Positions 43,698 through 52,518 of a stretch of DNA of 64,000 bases are shown here, piece by piece. Every line of letters begins with the position of its first letter. Position 1 is the stretch's first letter. The notes under the pieces are model-generated. The model saw nothing but the letters and a program-made list of their open reading frames with translations, had not been told where the DNA came from and did no database searches. Origin of the DNA: Candidatus Nomurabacteria bacterium (GTDB taxonomy: Bacteria; Patescibacteriota; Dojkabacteria; SC72; JAHDCA01); assembly GCA_020632375.1 (NCBI GenBank), contig JACKFR010000001.1:149106-213105 (forward strand). Reading direction: 5' to 3'. The position numbers and the translations under genes are program-made.

Positions 43698-44114
43698 TTA
43701 TCCGAGTAATTTATATATAACTTTGTGAAATGTCTTGTATGCACTTTCTATTTCAGCAGATGATATTTCAAGCCCTTCATGTACTACTTGATTGCGCAAT
43801 TTATGATACTTCCATAATTCATTATATATATTTTTCGTAAATAAGGGCTTAGCTTTCTTTAAATTCTCTCCGCAACTCAATGAATTTGAGTATTTAAATT
43901 GAAGAGTTTTTGCGAGCAACGCATCTAAACGGATAATGAGGTCTCTGTTATTTGCGGATGAGCTTGTAGATGCTTTTTGCCTTAATGACTCTAAATCAGA
44001 GTAGATTCTGCTTCTTTCTGTTTTTTTCTTTGTACCGATCCCACTCTGTAGAGCAACAAAAACTGCTGCAACTATTAGTAGGATTAAAATTATCAGTGCA
44101 ATAGAGTTCGGCAT
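43698..44114 (-). CDS. membrane-anchored small protein with Rx4H (HEPN-like) motif
   Basis: 138 aa with an N-terminal TM (IALIILILLIVAAVFVAL). The C-terminal all-alpha region contains YHKLRNQVVHEG (R-x4-H). Confidence 0.5.
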   Translation of the reverse strand: MPNSIALIILILLIVAAVFVALQSGIGTKKKTERSRIYSDLESLRQKASTSSSANNRDLIIRLDALLAKTLQFKYSNSLSCGENLKKAKPLFTKNIYNELWKYHKLRNQVVHEGLEISSAEIESAYKTFHKVIYKLLG

Positions 44115-44130
44115 AGTAATTATTTCAAAG

Positions 44131-46071
44131 TTATTTCTTTTTTTTCGTTAGCTTTTTAAACAAGATTCCCAAAAGCAGAAGCAATATCAAGTAACCCACT
44201 GTGCATATAATATAAACCATCGGAGTCCACCACCAGTAGGTTTTAATCTCTATTTTTGATGAAATCTCTTGACTTATCGAGCTATCTTTTAATGTCGTCG
44301 CTGTAACTTTATATGAGAGAGCTTTTTCTGAGTTTTGGAGTAGATCTGTAATCGGAAGAACCTCATTAACTTCAGCGCTAAATTTCTGTCCGGGTACTAA
44401 AATTGTATTTGCAGGCAAATCAACCTTATTTTGTCTGCTGTCAGTGATACTCGAAAGCTCTAGTATTTTATTACCCGTATTCTGAATTTGAACCGAGCCG
44501 CTTAAAGAGTTGCTTGGCACTTGCACTGGATCCAGCTGTGCATCGCCCTCCAACGCAACAATATCTCCAGGAATTTCGCTTGTAAAATTAAATTCAAGAA
44601 CATCACCTTCAATAAAATTTAATTTAGGGGACGTTGGAGACTGGCTTCTCACCAGGATGCTCAGATGGTCTATATTTGCATCAGTTTTGACTTTATAGTT
44701 TGCCGCCTCTTCAAGTGCTGGGTCAGCAATTTGCCAGCCAAGTTCCGAGTCCCAATATTCGACCCAGTTGTGGAAAAAGCCTTTTTCAAAGCTACTAGAT
44801 TCATTTGTAACATATCCAAGAACCATTCTTGATGGAACCTGATAAGCTCTTAACAGAGCAATTAAAAGATCTGAATAATCTTCTGTTGAAACATTGCTGC
44901 TTTTAGTAATCGAGCCGGAGGCACCAGATCTTATGAGAGCTGCTTTTTCAGCTAGAAAATCAGGCGATATGTTTAATCTGTCGATTATATACTTATATAC
45001 AAGGCTGTAGAAGATTTCTTTCTCTTTTTGGTCAAGGCTTTGCACATTTCCTGGGTTTTCATCTAAGACCAGGTTATTTTTACGTAAATACAAGTCAAAT
45101 CGTTTCAGTTCTGTTTCGCTGTCTAGAGACCAGTAACTTTCTTGCTTCACGAGCTCTTGGTTTTGCGGAAATACAAGCACCTCAGTATCTTTGTTCGGCT
45201 GAAGAACGATATTACCTTCAACACCTATAATTTTCTGTTCATTTGGCTCAAGAGTATACAAAAGAAAGATATTTCCATCTTCGTCTTTAAAAGAACGATC
45301 GGGAATTGGTATTACACTGTTTAGAAAGATCTCTTGGTTGAAGCTTGATCTTGGGATCGGCACTTCTGCGACCCGTTTTGTATCACTCGGATTATTTAAG
45401 ACTTTTTTAATCGAAAATTTATATCCAATGTTGCCTTGGAAAAGAATCTTAACCTCAGCTCCTTTGGGACTATTTATAGAAATACTTGATTGTCGGTCAG
45501 TGGAAGTTACATTCGAGTCGCTGTTTAAAACCTGACTTATTTTTCCTAATTCAGAAGGTATTGTTACAAGTATCTTATCTGTTTCTGAACCGGAAAATTG
45601 TACTGGTAGATTAAGACTTGTTAATTGTGCATTTTGTGGCACAAACCTAGGTACAGTGAAAGTAATTGATAAATCAATTGGTTTATTTTTTGAGAGAGAC
45701 TTGTCGTTTAGATCTATCCGGATTTGAGTTGAGTTGGTTAATTGGGTTTCACTGTGGTCAAGAGATTGTGCTGAATTACTTACTTTGATACTGTCGATCT
45801 GGCTAAAAGGCACCGTGGCGGTATAGTATTTGACGACAATTGGAGTCTTAGAAGTGTTAGCGAGTCTTTGTTGGAGGGTTACATTTAAATCACCGTTAGT
45901 CGAGAGTGAGTAGGTTGCAATCGAGGCAGTATCTACTTCACTACTTTGAGCAATTGCTAGTTTGGGACTTGCTAACAGTACAATGAATAAAACGGTGAAG
46001 AGCAAGCTGATTATCAGCGGATTTCTAAATTTCCGGAGAATTTTCTTTAAATAACCAACTGAACTTCTCAT
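44131..46071 (-). CDS. large surface protein with transglutaminase-like core lacking the catalytic Cys
   Basis: 646 aa with an N-terminal TM/signal and a C-terminal TM plus KKLTKKKK. The core STEDYSDLLIALLRAYQVPSRMVLGYV...FHNWVEYWDSELGWQIADP aligns with GxCxxFA...RxxGIPARxVxGY...HaWxEvy...W..fDP, but Thr stands at the Cys position. Confidence 0.65.
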   Translation of the reverse strand: MRSSVGYLKKILRKFRNPLIISLLFTVLFIVLLASPKLAIAQSSEVDTASIATYSLSTNGDLNVTLQQRLANTSKTPIVVKYYTATVPFSQIDSIKVSNSAQSLDHSETQLTNSTQIRIDLNDKSLSKNKPIDLSITFTVPRFVPQNAQLTSLNLPVQFSGSETDKILVTIPSELGKISQVLNSDSNVTSTDRQSSISINSPKGAEVKILFQGNIGYKFSIKKVLNNPSDTKRVAEVPIPRSSFNQEIFLNSVIPIPDRSFKDEDGNIFLLYTLEPNEQKIIGVEGNIVLQPNKDTEVLVFPQNQELVKQESYWSLDSETELKRFDLYLRKNNLVLDENPGNVQSLDQKEKEIFYSLVYKYIIDRLNISPDFLAEKAALIRSGASGSITKSSNVSTEDYSDLLIALLRAYQVPSRMVLGYVTNESSSFEKGFFHNWVEYWDSELGWQIADPALEEAANYKVKTDANIDHLSILVRSQSPTSPKLNFIEGDVLEFNFTSEIPGDIVALEGDAQLDPVQVPSNSLSGSVQIQNTGNKILELSSITDSRQNKVDLPANTILVPGQKFSAEVNEVLPITDLLQNSEKALSYKVTATTLKDSSISQEISSKIEIKTYWWWTPMVYIICTVGYLILLLLLGILFKKLTKKKK

Positions 46072-46756
46072 ACTTTCTAAGAATCTGCTTTATAATCGGG
46101 GTTCTTAATGTTATGCTGTGCTTAGTCGCAAGATCTTCCCATTTAACGCGTCTATATTTGCTATCATCTCTATAGTTCGGATTCCTAACGATTTCCTGCT
46201 TTGCGTTTTTTCTAATCACATAATAATTCATTCCCTTCATCTCGTCTAGCGAAGCGCTGTGTCTTAAATCTTTTTGGTAAATTTCCGAAACAACAAGAGT
46301 TGATTGACGCGTATTTACTAAAACCATTGCGAAGTCAGGCGGAACTATGATTTTCTGGTCACGTTTGATTTTTGTTAGGATTACGTCAGTATTTCCATCT
46401 TCAGTGTATCTTTGTAGAATAATAACACCACCACCGTACAAGACTTCAAGAATCTTTGGATGGGTTTTTAGTCTGTTTGCTCTCGTTTTTACATACTCAA
46501 TTCCTGCCAGGTTTGATGGAATAACATATGTGTTTAGCCGGAGTCCTTTCTGGTCAAGAATATTATCTTGGTCTAGGCTAAGATACTTGTTGTAGAACGT
46601 CTCTGGATATGAAAGATCTTGGTTAAGAAGTTGGTTACGAACATCTTCTATATCAGCAACTAACATTGTTTTAGGAACAAAATCTGTACTCGTGAGTTCA
46701 TTATTTTCGAGAATTAATGAAAACCCTGCAGATTTTTTAAGATCTATTTTTGCCAT
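46025..46756 (-). CDS. cupin-type glucose-6-phosphate-isomerase-like protein, metal ligands not conserved
   Basis: 243 aa. KTRANRLKTHPKILEVLYGGGVIILQ...IIVPPDFAMVLVNT...EIY is collinear, from memory, with archaeal cupin PGI (TKGHFHAK..AEVY...VPPYWAHRTVN). The His ligand positions read N, L and M. Confidence 0.45.
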   Translation of the reverse strand: MAKIDLKKSAGFSLILENNELTSTDFVPKTMLVADIEDVRNQLLNQDLSYPETFYNKYLSLDQDNILDQKGLRLNTYVIPSNLAGIEYVKTRANRLKTHPKILEVLYGGGVIILQRYTEDGNTDVILTKIKRDQKIIVPPDFAMVLVNTRQSTLVVSEIYQKDLRHSASLDEMKGMNYYVIRKNAKQEIVRNPNYRDDSKYRRVKWEDLATKHSITLRTPIIKQILRKYEKFSWLFKENSPEI

Positions 46757-46805
46757 AGGCGATTATATCATACGTGGAGGTCCCGATTCGGCAATATTCC
46801 CTTAC

Positions 46806-47528
46806 CTATAGGGTATTTAAATAAACACTCAGTTCATTCATGTAGTTTGTTACTCCTTGCGCCCATGGAAGTCCTGGCGTCTGTCCGCAAGGAGGGCAAT
46901 AAGTGTATACGATATCGAATGGGCCAAGATCAGTGCCATATCCTTGGGCTAATCCTTTCGTAACTGTCTCAATCCCCTCAGACCAGCTGATAAAATAACT
47001 CCAGTCTCTTGTCGGATCACCTTTCCAACCCCACGCATTATTCGATCTGTAAGGGATGAGATTCCCAAAAGCCGATTCAACCCCAGAGATTGAGGCTACG
47101 ATTCTCCAGTCTAGACCATACTTATCTGCTTCTTGAATGAATACTTCTGCATACGGATACATTGGTGAATTATAATCTACTAGGAATCTTCTCATAGCAA
47201 TAACTCTTGAATCAGAAGTTACAATTTCACTCTTCCCATCTGATGTTCCGAGTTGGGTGGTCTTTAATGATAATGAGTAAATTGTTTCATGAGATTCATC
47301 TGAAGCTTTGAGTGTCTCTGATAAAGTGTTATCGATTTGAACTGTTTGCTCTAATGAATATTTTATTATGTTTGTCTGAAGTGGCTTTGCTAAGACTGGT
47401 GTTACTAAAAGGTTTAGGGTAAGCAAAAGTATTAGAAGTATTGCCCATGAGCCTATATTGGGAGTGACTCTAGTAAAAGTAGAGTTTCCCTTCTTCTTTT
47501 TTACTAGCGAAGTAGATTTACTTTTCAT
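46806..47528 (-). CDS. membrane-anchored lysozyme-like / transglycosylase-like protein (putative)
   Basis: 240 aa with an N-terminal TM. ASISGVESAFGN (Glu-Ser) and CPPCG are paralogous to 32454..33071. First gene of the operon. Confidence 0.5.
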   Translation of the reverse strand: MKSKSTSLVKKKKGNSTFTRVTPNIGSWAILLILLLTLNLLVTPVLAKPLQTNIIKYSLEQTVQIDNTLSETLKASDESHETIYSLSLKTTQLGTSDGKSEIVTSDSRVIAMRRFLVDYNSPMYPYAEVFIQEADKYGLDWRIVASISGVESAFGNLIPYRSNNAWGWKGDPTRDWSYFISWSEGIETVTKGLAQGYGTDLGPFDIVYTYCPPCGQTPGLPWAQGVTNYMNELSVYLNTL

Positions 47529-47609
47529 GAATTCAGTATATCAGATTTAATGATTCCAAAAGACAAACTATAATGTCTTAGCCTAAGTAATTATTGGATT
47601 AGATTGTTC

Positions 47610-50600
47610 ATGAAAAAGAAAGAATTAAAGCCGTTTACTCATCTGCACCTGCATACAGAATATTCTTTGCTTGATGGGACAATTAGGATTCCAGCTCTTG
47701 TTGAGAAGCTTAAATCATTAGACATGAAAGCTTGTGCAATTACTGATCATGGAGTTATGTACGGAGCTTTTAAATTTTGGAATACGCTTAAACACGAAGA
47801 TATTAAACCAATCATTGGTTGTGAAATGTATATTGCTCCGAGATCGCACCATAAGAAAGAAGCCGGAATTGATAACAAATATTCACACTTAGTACTTCTT
47901 GCTAAAAATCTCCAGGGCTATAAAAACCTTATTAAACTGACATCAATAGCCAATCTTGAAGGCTTCTATTATAAACCGCGAGTAGACTTTGAGACTCTCA
48001 AAAAGTATTCAGAAGGCCTGATTGCGACATCAGCTTGTATGAGCGGCGTAATTGCAAGAGAGATTGTTCGCAATAATAACGTCAAGCAAGCAGAAGAGAA
48101 TGCACAACGTTATGCTGAGGTCTTTAAAGACAAATTTTATGTTGAAATTCAGAGAAACGGCCTTGAAGAACAGAAAGAGGTTAATAAAGAATTATTAAGG
48201 ATTGCTAAAAAATTCAAACTTCCCATTGTGGCTACTTGCGATGCGCATTATCTTGAAAAAGAAGACTACCTCGTTCAAGAAGTTCTCTGGTGTATTGCTG
48301 ATGGACGCACGTTAGACGATCCGACCCGCAGGTCGATGGATTCTCACGAATTTTATGTAAAGTCTCAGGAAGAGATGAATGAGCTTTTTGCTGATCTACC
48401 TGAAGCTCTTGATAATAATCAAAAGATAGTTGATGAAATTGAAGATTACAGTATCCAGTTTGATCGGGTTGAGCCAGAGTATTTAGACCTCCCCAAAGGC
48501 CAGACTCCTGCTGAGCACCTTAGAGAATTGGTTGAAGATGGTACGCGCAAGAAGTATGGAAAGATAACTCCAGAAATCCAGGAGAGAATCGATTATGAAC
48601 TGGGTATTATAGATGACAAAGGATACAACAACTATTTTCTTGTTGTTAAGGACTTTGTTAAATATTGCGTAGATAATGGGATTATGGTTGGTGCGAGAGG
48701 CTCTGCTGTTGGAACAATTGTCGGATATGCTTTAGATATAGCCGGTGTTGATCCAATCTCATGGGAGTTATATTTTGAAAGATTTCTTAATCCGGGACGT
48801 GACTCCCCACCGGATATTGACTTAGATATTTCAGACAAAAGGCGTGAAGAAGTAATCCAATACGCAAGAGATAAATATGGAGAAGAAAATGTAAGACAGA
48901 TAATTACATTCAGCAAGCTACAGACACGTCAGGCTATTCGTGATGTCTCACGAGTTCTGGGGATTAATCTTCAGATAGCAGATCAGTTGTCTAAAATGGT
49001 TCAAGTTCTTTTCGGGAAAGCAAAAGACATTGACTATATGATTGAAACTAACAAAGAATTTGCTGACCTGATTGAATCTTCTTCAGAAACCAAGCAGATG
49101 GCTGAAATTGTAAGAAAAGTGGCTGGGCTTTGCAGAGGAGTCTCTACTCATGCATGCGGGGTCGTTGTTACTCCTAAACCAGTAGACGAGTATGTCCCTG
49201 TTGCCCGAGATACACATGAACAAGGTATTGGAATGGCTCAATACGATATGGTTGACATAGAGTATGTAGGGCTTTTGAAGCTTGATTTCTTAGGACTGAG
49301 AAATCTTAATGTCATTGATACTGCTATTAACAAAATTTATCAAAACCAAGGTGAAAAATTAGATCTTTTGGGTATAGACACTGAAGATAAGACAGTTTTT
49401 GAAATGATTCAAAGCGGAAATACAGTAGGAATTTTCCAGCTTGAGAGCGAAGGGATGAAAAAGACTATTAGGCAGCTCAAACCCGAATCGACTGAAGAGC
49501 TTTGTTATCTTCTCGCAGCATATCGTCCAGGTCCCATGGAGTTTATCCCTGAGTATGTTGCGGTAAAGAGAAAGGATAAAGAGGCAGAGTATCTTGTACC
49601 CCCTCTAAAAGATATCTTGTCTGTTACAAACGGCGTTATTACGTATCAGGAGCAGGTGATGAGAATTGCGACTGACTTGGCAGGATATTCGCTCTCAGAC
49701 GCTGACATTTTAAGAAGAGCTATGGGTAAAAAGAAAATGGAGATTATGGAAGCTGAAAAACCACGATTTATTAATGGAGGCGTTGAAAAGGGTTTCGCTA
49801 AGGATAAGATGGAGACAATTTGGGAACTTTTGATTAAATTTGCAAACTACGGTTTTAATAAATCTCACTCAGCAGCCTATGCAATGGTCTCTTACTATAC
49901 TGCGTATTTAAAAACGCACTATCCACTTGAGTACATGGCTGCACTTCTAGAAGGAGATCTTGATGACTTTAATCGAGTAGTTCTCGATTTACAAGAATGT
50001 GAGCGTTTGGGGATAGATGTCCTTCCGCCTTCAGTGAACTACAGTAATCACGATTTTTCGATTGAAGAAGATAAAAATATTCGCTTTGGTTTGGCTGCTA
50101 TTAAAAATGTTGGAGAAGATATTGTAAGAAGGATTGTTTCTGAAAGAGAAAAAAACGGTCTTTATAAGAATTTTGATGATTTTATATTTAGAAATATAGA
50201 AAATAAATTACAGAAAAGGGTTGTAGAGTATTTAATCATGGCGGGCGCTTTAGATGAGCTTGGCGACAGAAATGCCATGCTTAGTGCTCTTCCTTCTTTT
50301 TATGATAGATACAAAAAGCTCAAAGAAGATCATAAAAGAGGTCAATTTGGACTTTTTAGCGGGGGAGAAGCACAAATAAATATCCAAAATCCGCTTCCAA
50401 TGCCGGATGTCGAAAAAACTCAGGTATTCGAAAAGTTACAGTGGGAAAAAGAGCTTCTTGGAATATATCTTACAAGTCATCCATTAGACGACCTTCAGCA
50501 GTTTTTCCAAAGCAAAGGAGCTGTCCCGATAAAGGTTGTAACCAGTATGAAGCCGTCTAGAGAGATTATTGTAATCGGTGGGATTGTTAATACGGTTAGA

Positions 50601-51029
50601 CGTGTTACTACAAAGAAAAATGAGTCTATGGCTTTTCTCACTGTTGAAGACAAAACAGGTCAGATAGACATGGTTGTTTTTCCTCGGGTATATGAGGAGC
50701 TAAAAGAAGAAATGCATCCCAACAGCCCGATGCTTTTTGCAGGCAGACTAAACGAAAGAAACAAAGAGATAAGCTTTGTGTTGGAGAAGGCTAAGCTTAT
50801 TGATCCTAAAAAATTTGGAAGCAATTTTTCAGGTGTTACATTCAAAGTAAGGGATGCCAATAATGCAGATGAAATTGTAGAACTAAAAGAATGCATTAAG
50901 AAAAATCCTGGAGAGACATCTGTTAGAATTATCATCGCTGATCTGGATAATGGTGACCGTGAGATGATTCTAAACTATAAAATTGCCCTGAACGACACAA
51001 CCCGTGCAATGATAGAGAGATTCTCGTAA
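47610..51029 (+). CDS. dnaE: DNA polymerase III alpha subunit
   Basis: About 1139 aa with the PHP domain FTHLHLHTEYSLLDG, the palm/fingers block GLLKLDFLGLRNL and FNKSHSAAYA, and a C-terminal OB fold. ATG 47610 is preferred over TTG 47604. Confidence 0.95.
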   Translation: MKKKELKPFTHLHLHTEYSLLDGTIRIPALVEKLKSLDMKACAITDHGVMYGAFKFWNTLKHEDIKPIIGCEMYIAPRSHHKKEAGIDNKYSHLVLLAKNLQGYKNLIKLTSIANLEGFYYKPRVDFETLKKYSEGLIATSACMSGVIAREIVRNNNVKQAEENAQRYAEVFKDKFYVEIQRNGLEEQKEVNKELLRIAKKFKLPIVATCDAHYLEKEDYLVQEVLWCIADGRTLDDPTRRSMDSHEFYVKSQEEMNELFADLPEALDNNQKIVDEIEDYSIQFDRVEPEYLDLPKGQTPAEHLRELVEDGTRKKYGKITPEIQERIDYELGIIDDKGYNNYFLVVKDFVKYCVDNGIMVGARGSAVGTIVGYALDIAGVDPISWELYFERFLNPGRDSPPDIDLDISDKRREEVIQYARDKYGEENVRQIITFSKLQTRQAIRDVSRVLGINLQIADQLSKMVQVLFGKAKDIDYMIETNKEFADLIESSSETKQMAEIVRKVAGLCRGVSTHACGVVVTPKPVDEYVPVARDTHEQGIGMAQYDMVDIEYVGLLKLDFLGLRNLNVIDTAINKIYQNQGEKLDLLGIDTEDKTVFEMIQSGNTVGIFQLESEGMKKTIRQLKPESTEELCYLLAAYRPGPMEFIPEYVAVKRKDKEAEYLVPPLKDILSVTNGVITYQEQVMRIATDLAGYSLSDADILRRAMGKKKMEIMEAEKPRFINGGVEKGFAKDKMETIWELLIKFANYGFNKSHSAAYAMVSYYTAYLKTHYPLEYMAALLEGDLDDFNRVVLDLQECERLGIDVLPPSVNYSNHDFSIEEDKNIRFGLAAIKNVGEDIVRRIVSEREKNGLYKNFDDFIFRNIENKLQKRVVEYLIMAGALDELGDRNAMLSALPSFYDRYKKLKEDHKRGQFGLFSGGEAQINIQNPLPMPDVEKTQVFEKLQWEKELLGIYLTSHPLDDLQQFFQSKGAVPIKVVTSMKPSREIIVIGGIVNTVRRVTTKKNESMAFLTVEDKTGQIDMVVFPRVYEELKEEMHPNSPMLFAGRLNERNKEISFVLEKAKLIDPKKFGSNFSGVTFKVRDANNADEIVELKECIKKNPGETSVRIIIADLDNGDREMILNYKIALNDTTRAMIERFS

Positions 51030-51039
51030 AATTAACCCC

Positions 51040-52518
51040 ATGGAACAAAGAATTCAAGAGCTTATAGATTTAATTCCTCGCCGTACTGGGGTGTATAAAT
51101 TCTATGATCAAAACGGAGAACTTTTATATATTGGAAAAGCTCTTAACCTTAATTCAAGAGTTACCTCCTATTTCAGACAGGACCACACTGATAGACCCCA
51201 TATAATTCCTATGATTCCTAAGATTTACAATATCGAGTATATAGAGACTGAAAATGAAGTCGAGGCACTTGTTTTAGAGTCTGCTTTGGTCCATAAACAA
51301 CAGCCAAAGTATAATGTAATGCTGAAAGATGATAAATCTTACGCATGGATTTATATTTCGACTCATGAAAAAGTTCCTCGTATTGAAATCGTAAGATCTA
51401 TCGACCCCAAGAGCTTCAAAAATGGTCGACTTTTTGGCCCGTACCCTAGTGGAAGAGCTGTTCTTCAAGTTTTTCGTTATATAAGAAAATTATATCCATT
51501 TTGTACCTGCAAGAATCCTAAAGAACCGTGTCTTTACTATCACATGGGGCTATGTCCTGGTCCACACTTTGACTATATTTCTCACGAAGAATATATGAAA
51601 AATATAGGCGAAATAATAAAGTTTCTTCAAGGAAAGAAAAAGCGACATGTTTCAGGAATAGAGAAAGAAATGAAGCTTGCTGCTTCAGAAGAAGATTTTG
51701 AAAAAGCTGCAGAGCTTAGAGATAAGCTGCAAGATTTAAGGCATCTTAGCGGAGGGTTTAAGTTCAGCTATCTTAACTCTGAGAGAGAGTTTAAAGAAAG
51801 TCGATATAAAATGGTTCTTTCTGAGCTTGAGTCAATCAAGAGTGATTTAGGGATTGGTTCAGTCGCCCGAATAGAATGCTACGATATTTCAAATATTCAG
51901 GGGGAAGACGCATATGGTTCTATGGTAGTCAGCATAGATGGTATCCCAAAGCATTCTGAGTACAGAGTTTTTAAAATCAAGAGTAAAGACACTCCAGATG
52001 ACTTCGAAATGTTACATGAAGTACTTAGCCGGAGGATTAAACACATTGGAAACCCTAAGTCAGATGAGAGCTTGAGTATGAAGCCCGACATTATTCTTAT
52101 AGATGGAGGCAAGGGACAGCTATCAGCAGTTCGTGACGTTGTTCCAAAAGATACCTTTTTGCTTGGAATTTCTAAAGGACGACACTTAAAGCGTAAAGGG
52201 AAAAGGAAAGAAGACCAGTTTTGGGTTTTGAGAGGAAAAATCTCCCTAATGATTAAGATAAACTCACCGAGAATTCTAATAAATCTAAGAGACGAAGCTC
52301 ATCGATTTGCGCTGAAACACCACCGTAATGCAAGGAAGTTTAGAAAGAAGAAATCAATGCTAGACAGCATCAAGGGGGTTGGTGCAAAAAGAAAAAAGAA
52401 ATTAATTGAGAGGTTTGGCTCTTTGGACGAGATTAGAAAGGCTTCAATAAAAGAGATTGACTCTGTCGTAAAGAATACCGCTCTAGCAGAAAAGATTGCA
52501 AAATCATTAAAAAACTAG
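51040..52518 (+). CDS. uvrC: excinuclease ABC subunit C (short form, 492 aa)
   Basis: Contains GIY-YIG (GVYKFYDQNGELLYIGKALNLNSRVTSYF), a Cys-rich segment, the UVR domain (EEDFEKAAELRDKLQDL), an endonuclease V-like domain, and HhH (IKGVGAKRKKKLIERFGSLDEIRKAS). Confidence 0.9.
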   Translation: MEQRIQELIDLIPRRTGVYKFYDQNGELLYIGKALNLNSRVTSYFRQDHTDRPHIIPMIPKIYNIEYIETENEVEALVLESALVHKQQPKYNVMLKDDKSYAWIYISTHEKVPRIEIVRSIDPKSFKNGRLFGPYPSGRAVLQVFRYIRKLYPFCTCKNPKEPCLYYHMGLCPGPHFDYISHEEYMKNIGEIIKFLQGKKKRHVSGIEKEMKLAASEEDFEKAAELRDKLQDLRHLSGGFKFSYLNSEREFKESRYKMVLSELESIKSDLGIGSVARIECYDISNIQGEDAYGSMVVSIDGIPKHSEYRVFKIKSKDTPDDFEMLHEVLSRRIKHIGNPKSDESLSMKPDIILIDGGKGQLSAVRDVVPKDTFLLGISKGRHLKRKGKRKEDQFWVLRGKISLMIKINSPRILINLRDEAHRFALKHHRNARKFRKKKSMLDSIKGVGAKRKKKLIERFGSLDEIRKASIKEIDSVVKNTALAEKIAKSLKN

